The position numbers were made by a program, and so were the translations under genes. The notes under the pieces are model-generated. The model made no database searches, was not told the origin of the DNA, and worked only from the letters and a program-made list of their open reading frames with translations. Positions 61,775 to 64,000 of a stretch of 64,000 nt of DNA are shown in pieces; position 1 is the stretch's first letter, and each line of letters begins with the position of its first letter. This DNA is from Pelagomonas calceolata (Eukaryota): positions 248,001-312,000 of the forward strand of contig CAKKNE010000003.1 in NCBI GenBank assembly GCA_918797485.1, read 5' to 3'.

Positions 61775-63976
61775 ATGCAATGTATCGGCAATGGCTGCAC
61801 CGGCTGCGGCAGCAACTCGTGCGCTGCCGGACAAGGATGGCAATTTGTTCCTCCAAACGCAGACGCCACGCCCCAGGTCGAGACGTTCAGGAAGGATGAC
61901 GGCTTGACGTATTTAAATAGTGGCGGGACGGAGTACGTGCAGAGGAAGTGTGACCACTGCAGCGTGTTCTTCTGGTCTCGAACTGACGGTCTAGCCATGG
62001 CCTGCTGCAACCTCGCGTCCTGCGTCCAGGCGGCCCTTGCGGGGCTCCGTCTCCCCGACGAGCCGGCGCCCGGAGGTATGATGGACGAGTCGGACGGCGA
62101 CGAGGCCGCGCCCGAGGTCGCGGAGGAAACCGCCCCGACCCCCGCGGCCGACGACTGGGGCCCGAAATGGAAAAGGAAGATGCGGGCCCAACTACCTACA
62201 CAGCATGAATTAAATGTCGAGGTGATGCGGGCCGCGGCAAATAGCCCCGCAAAAGGCATCCTTCGCATGCTCGCGTTTTACGCCGGACACCACCTGACGG
62301 TCGACCAGATCGCTAGAAGTGTACTCGTGCCGCCCGGGCACGTCGAGGAGCTACTGTATCATCTGTACTCCTACGGACACGTCGCCGAGCACTCCGCGGG
62401 CGGCGTCACGACTTACTCGGCGCGGTCCGACGCCCTGGAGCGTTACCTGACGTCGCGTGACGACGCCGATAGGGCGGCGACGCCAACACCGGCGTTGGCG
62501 CCTGCACCCGTCGCCGAGGCGCCACGCGAAGGCGCCCCGGCCGCTGGACCCGACCCTGCGGGCGACGCGCGGCTTGCGGGCGACGGCGACGCGACGCCCG
62601 CCGAGGACGCGCCTGCGCCGGCGCCGGCGCCTGCTCGCGACGAAGCGGCGCCCGCGGTTCTCACTCGCGACGAAGGTGGGCCTGCGCCTGCGCCGGCGCC
62701 GCGCGAAGGTTCGCCGACGCCTGCGGAAGAAGGAGCGCAGCAGCCGGCGCCGAAGCGGCGACGGCGTAGGACCTCTCCGTCGCCGCGTGCCGACGTCGGA
62801 CTCGATGGACCGGTGCCGGGTCCCGAGCAGCAACGGCGTGGACGCTCTCCCGCGCGGACGATGCCTCGCGACGACGCCGACGCGGCCGCGCCGGCGCCGG
62901 CGCCGGCGCCGCCAAGGCGTGGACGCTCTCCAACGCCGGGGACTACTCCTGCCGGCGCCGCGCCGGCGCCGGCGCCGGCGCCCCGGCCCCGTGCAGATTC
63001 CGCGCCGCCGCAGCTGGAGGACGCCGCGCCGCAGATGAAGAAGCGAGGAGCGCTTGATCATTTCAGGGCGCAGAACCGCGCGGCCGCGAAGAAGTTCGTC
63101 GAGGACGCGTCACCCGCCCTCGCCGGGAGTGACAAGAACAAGGTGACCGAATCAGCGTCCATGTTGACCTTCCGATTTGAATTAGAAGGACCTGCCGAGA
63201 GAACTCACTGATTGATCACACACAGGCCATCATGGCGAGGCTCGGCGAGATGTGGGACGCTTTGGACGGCGCGGCGAGGAAGCGCTATGGCGACGACGCC
63301 CCCATGGTTCCGGTCAGTGCAAAAATCAAATTATCGCGGCGCGTCTCCACCACTGCTGAATCATGGCCTCCACGCCATCGACGCTACGTCAGCACGACAT
63401 CGTGGCGTGTGGTCTCTCACCGCTCGATTCAGCCAGTACTCTCCTCATCGCCGAGAGAGGACTTGGTGAAGAAGTATCGTGCATCCGACGCATTGGTTGA
63501 TTTACGCACAGGTTCGGGTCGGGACCAAGAAGCCCCGGTCTGCCGCCCGAGCGCGCTCTGCGACGCCGACGCCGCCGCCTGATAGCGATGCCCCGACGGC
63601 GACGGTCGATGACGAGGTGGCGGACAAATGGGCCAGGGGCGAGCTGCAGGTCGAGCACATCGAGCCGTGCGCGCTCGTTTTCAAAAGCAAGGGGCCCTTC
63701 GTCGACGCCGACGGCAACTTTACTGAGGCCGCGCGCTACCTCAACCGCCTCGCGAATTTGCAGCTCATGGACGCCCACAAGAACAACGTGAAGGACGCCA
63801 ACTTCTCGGGCGTGACGCGGCGCGCCCTCGAGGAACGCGAGCGCCTGCTCGCGGGCTGCGACCTCTCCACGGAGGTTGGCTTCAAAAAACACCTCGACGC
63901 CCTCCGCGTCCACGTCATTACCGTCTCCGAAATCGGAGCGAAGGACGAAAAGTTCCGCGGTGAGAAGTACTTTTGA
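61775..63976 (+). CDS. HMG-box-containing protein with Cys-rich N-terminus and AP-rich linker; exons 61775-63142, 63226-63306, 63512-63976
   Basis: Splicing gives KKRGALDHFRAQNR...DKNKAIMARLGEMWDALDGAARKRY (HMG box). Both introns are GT-AG and frame-preserving. Confidence 0.72.
63315..63511. mobile_element. Introner element, diverged; forms intron 63307-63511
   Basis: TSD GTTCCGGT / GTTCGGGT (7/8). TIR CAGTGCAAAAATCAA / TTGATTTACGCACAG (12/15). Internal blocks shared with the 28982 element. Confidence 0.88.
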
Positions 63977-64000
63977 GTAAGGTCCTTTTCCTGTCATTCC

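Noticed and set aside
1..64000. CRISPR array, tRNA, rRNA or prokaryotic operon
   Set aside because: No regularly spaced identical repeats with spacers and no recognisable structural RNA. Introns and targeting peptides show the DNA is eukaryotic nuclear.
1..64000. Autonomous transposase for the introners
   Set aside because: No DDE/hAT, reverse transcriptase or intact recombinase ORF was recognised in the window.

Overview
Gene-dense, GC-rich eukaryotic DNA, most consistent with a pelagophyte stramenopile alga such as Pelagomonas or Aureococcus. This is an inference from bipartite plastid presequences, a reverse-order OMPDC-OPRT fusion, short GC-AG introns and introner elements. About 44 protein-coding genes or gene fragments can be supported, several only after splicing introns that the ORF track does not show. 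No rRNA, tRNA, CRISPR array or transposase is visible. Main signals: (1) a family of intron-generating mini-transposons (8-bp TSD, CTGTGTGGAAATCA-type TIRs, shared CACGCCATCGA core), present from intact to decayed and in both orientations; (2) a recurrent ~22-bp CTAG...CTAGC element found about 15 times upstream of gene starts and not seen in convergent gaps; (3) a head-to-head junction of two 5'-truncated genes; (4) a gene-free 1.5-kb island made of degenerate duplications; (5) unusual proteins: a PTS-EIIC-like membrane protein, an S28 peptidase-sulfotransferase fusion, a myosin with a PDZ tail, a WW-DUF167 fusion and a signal-less pLGIC. All family calls come from motif recognition by eye, not from database searches.
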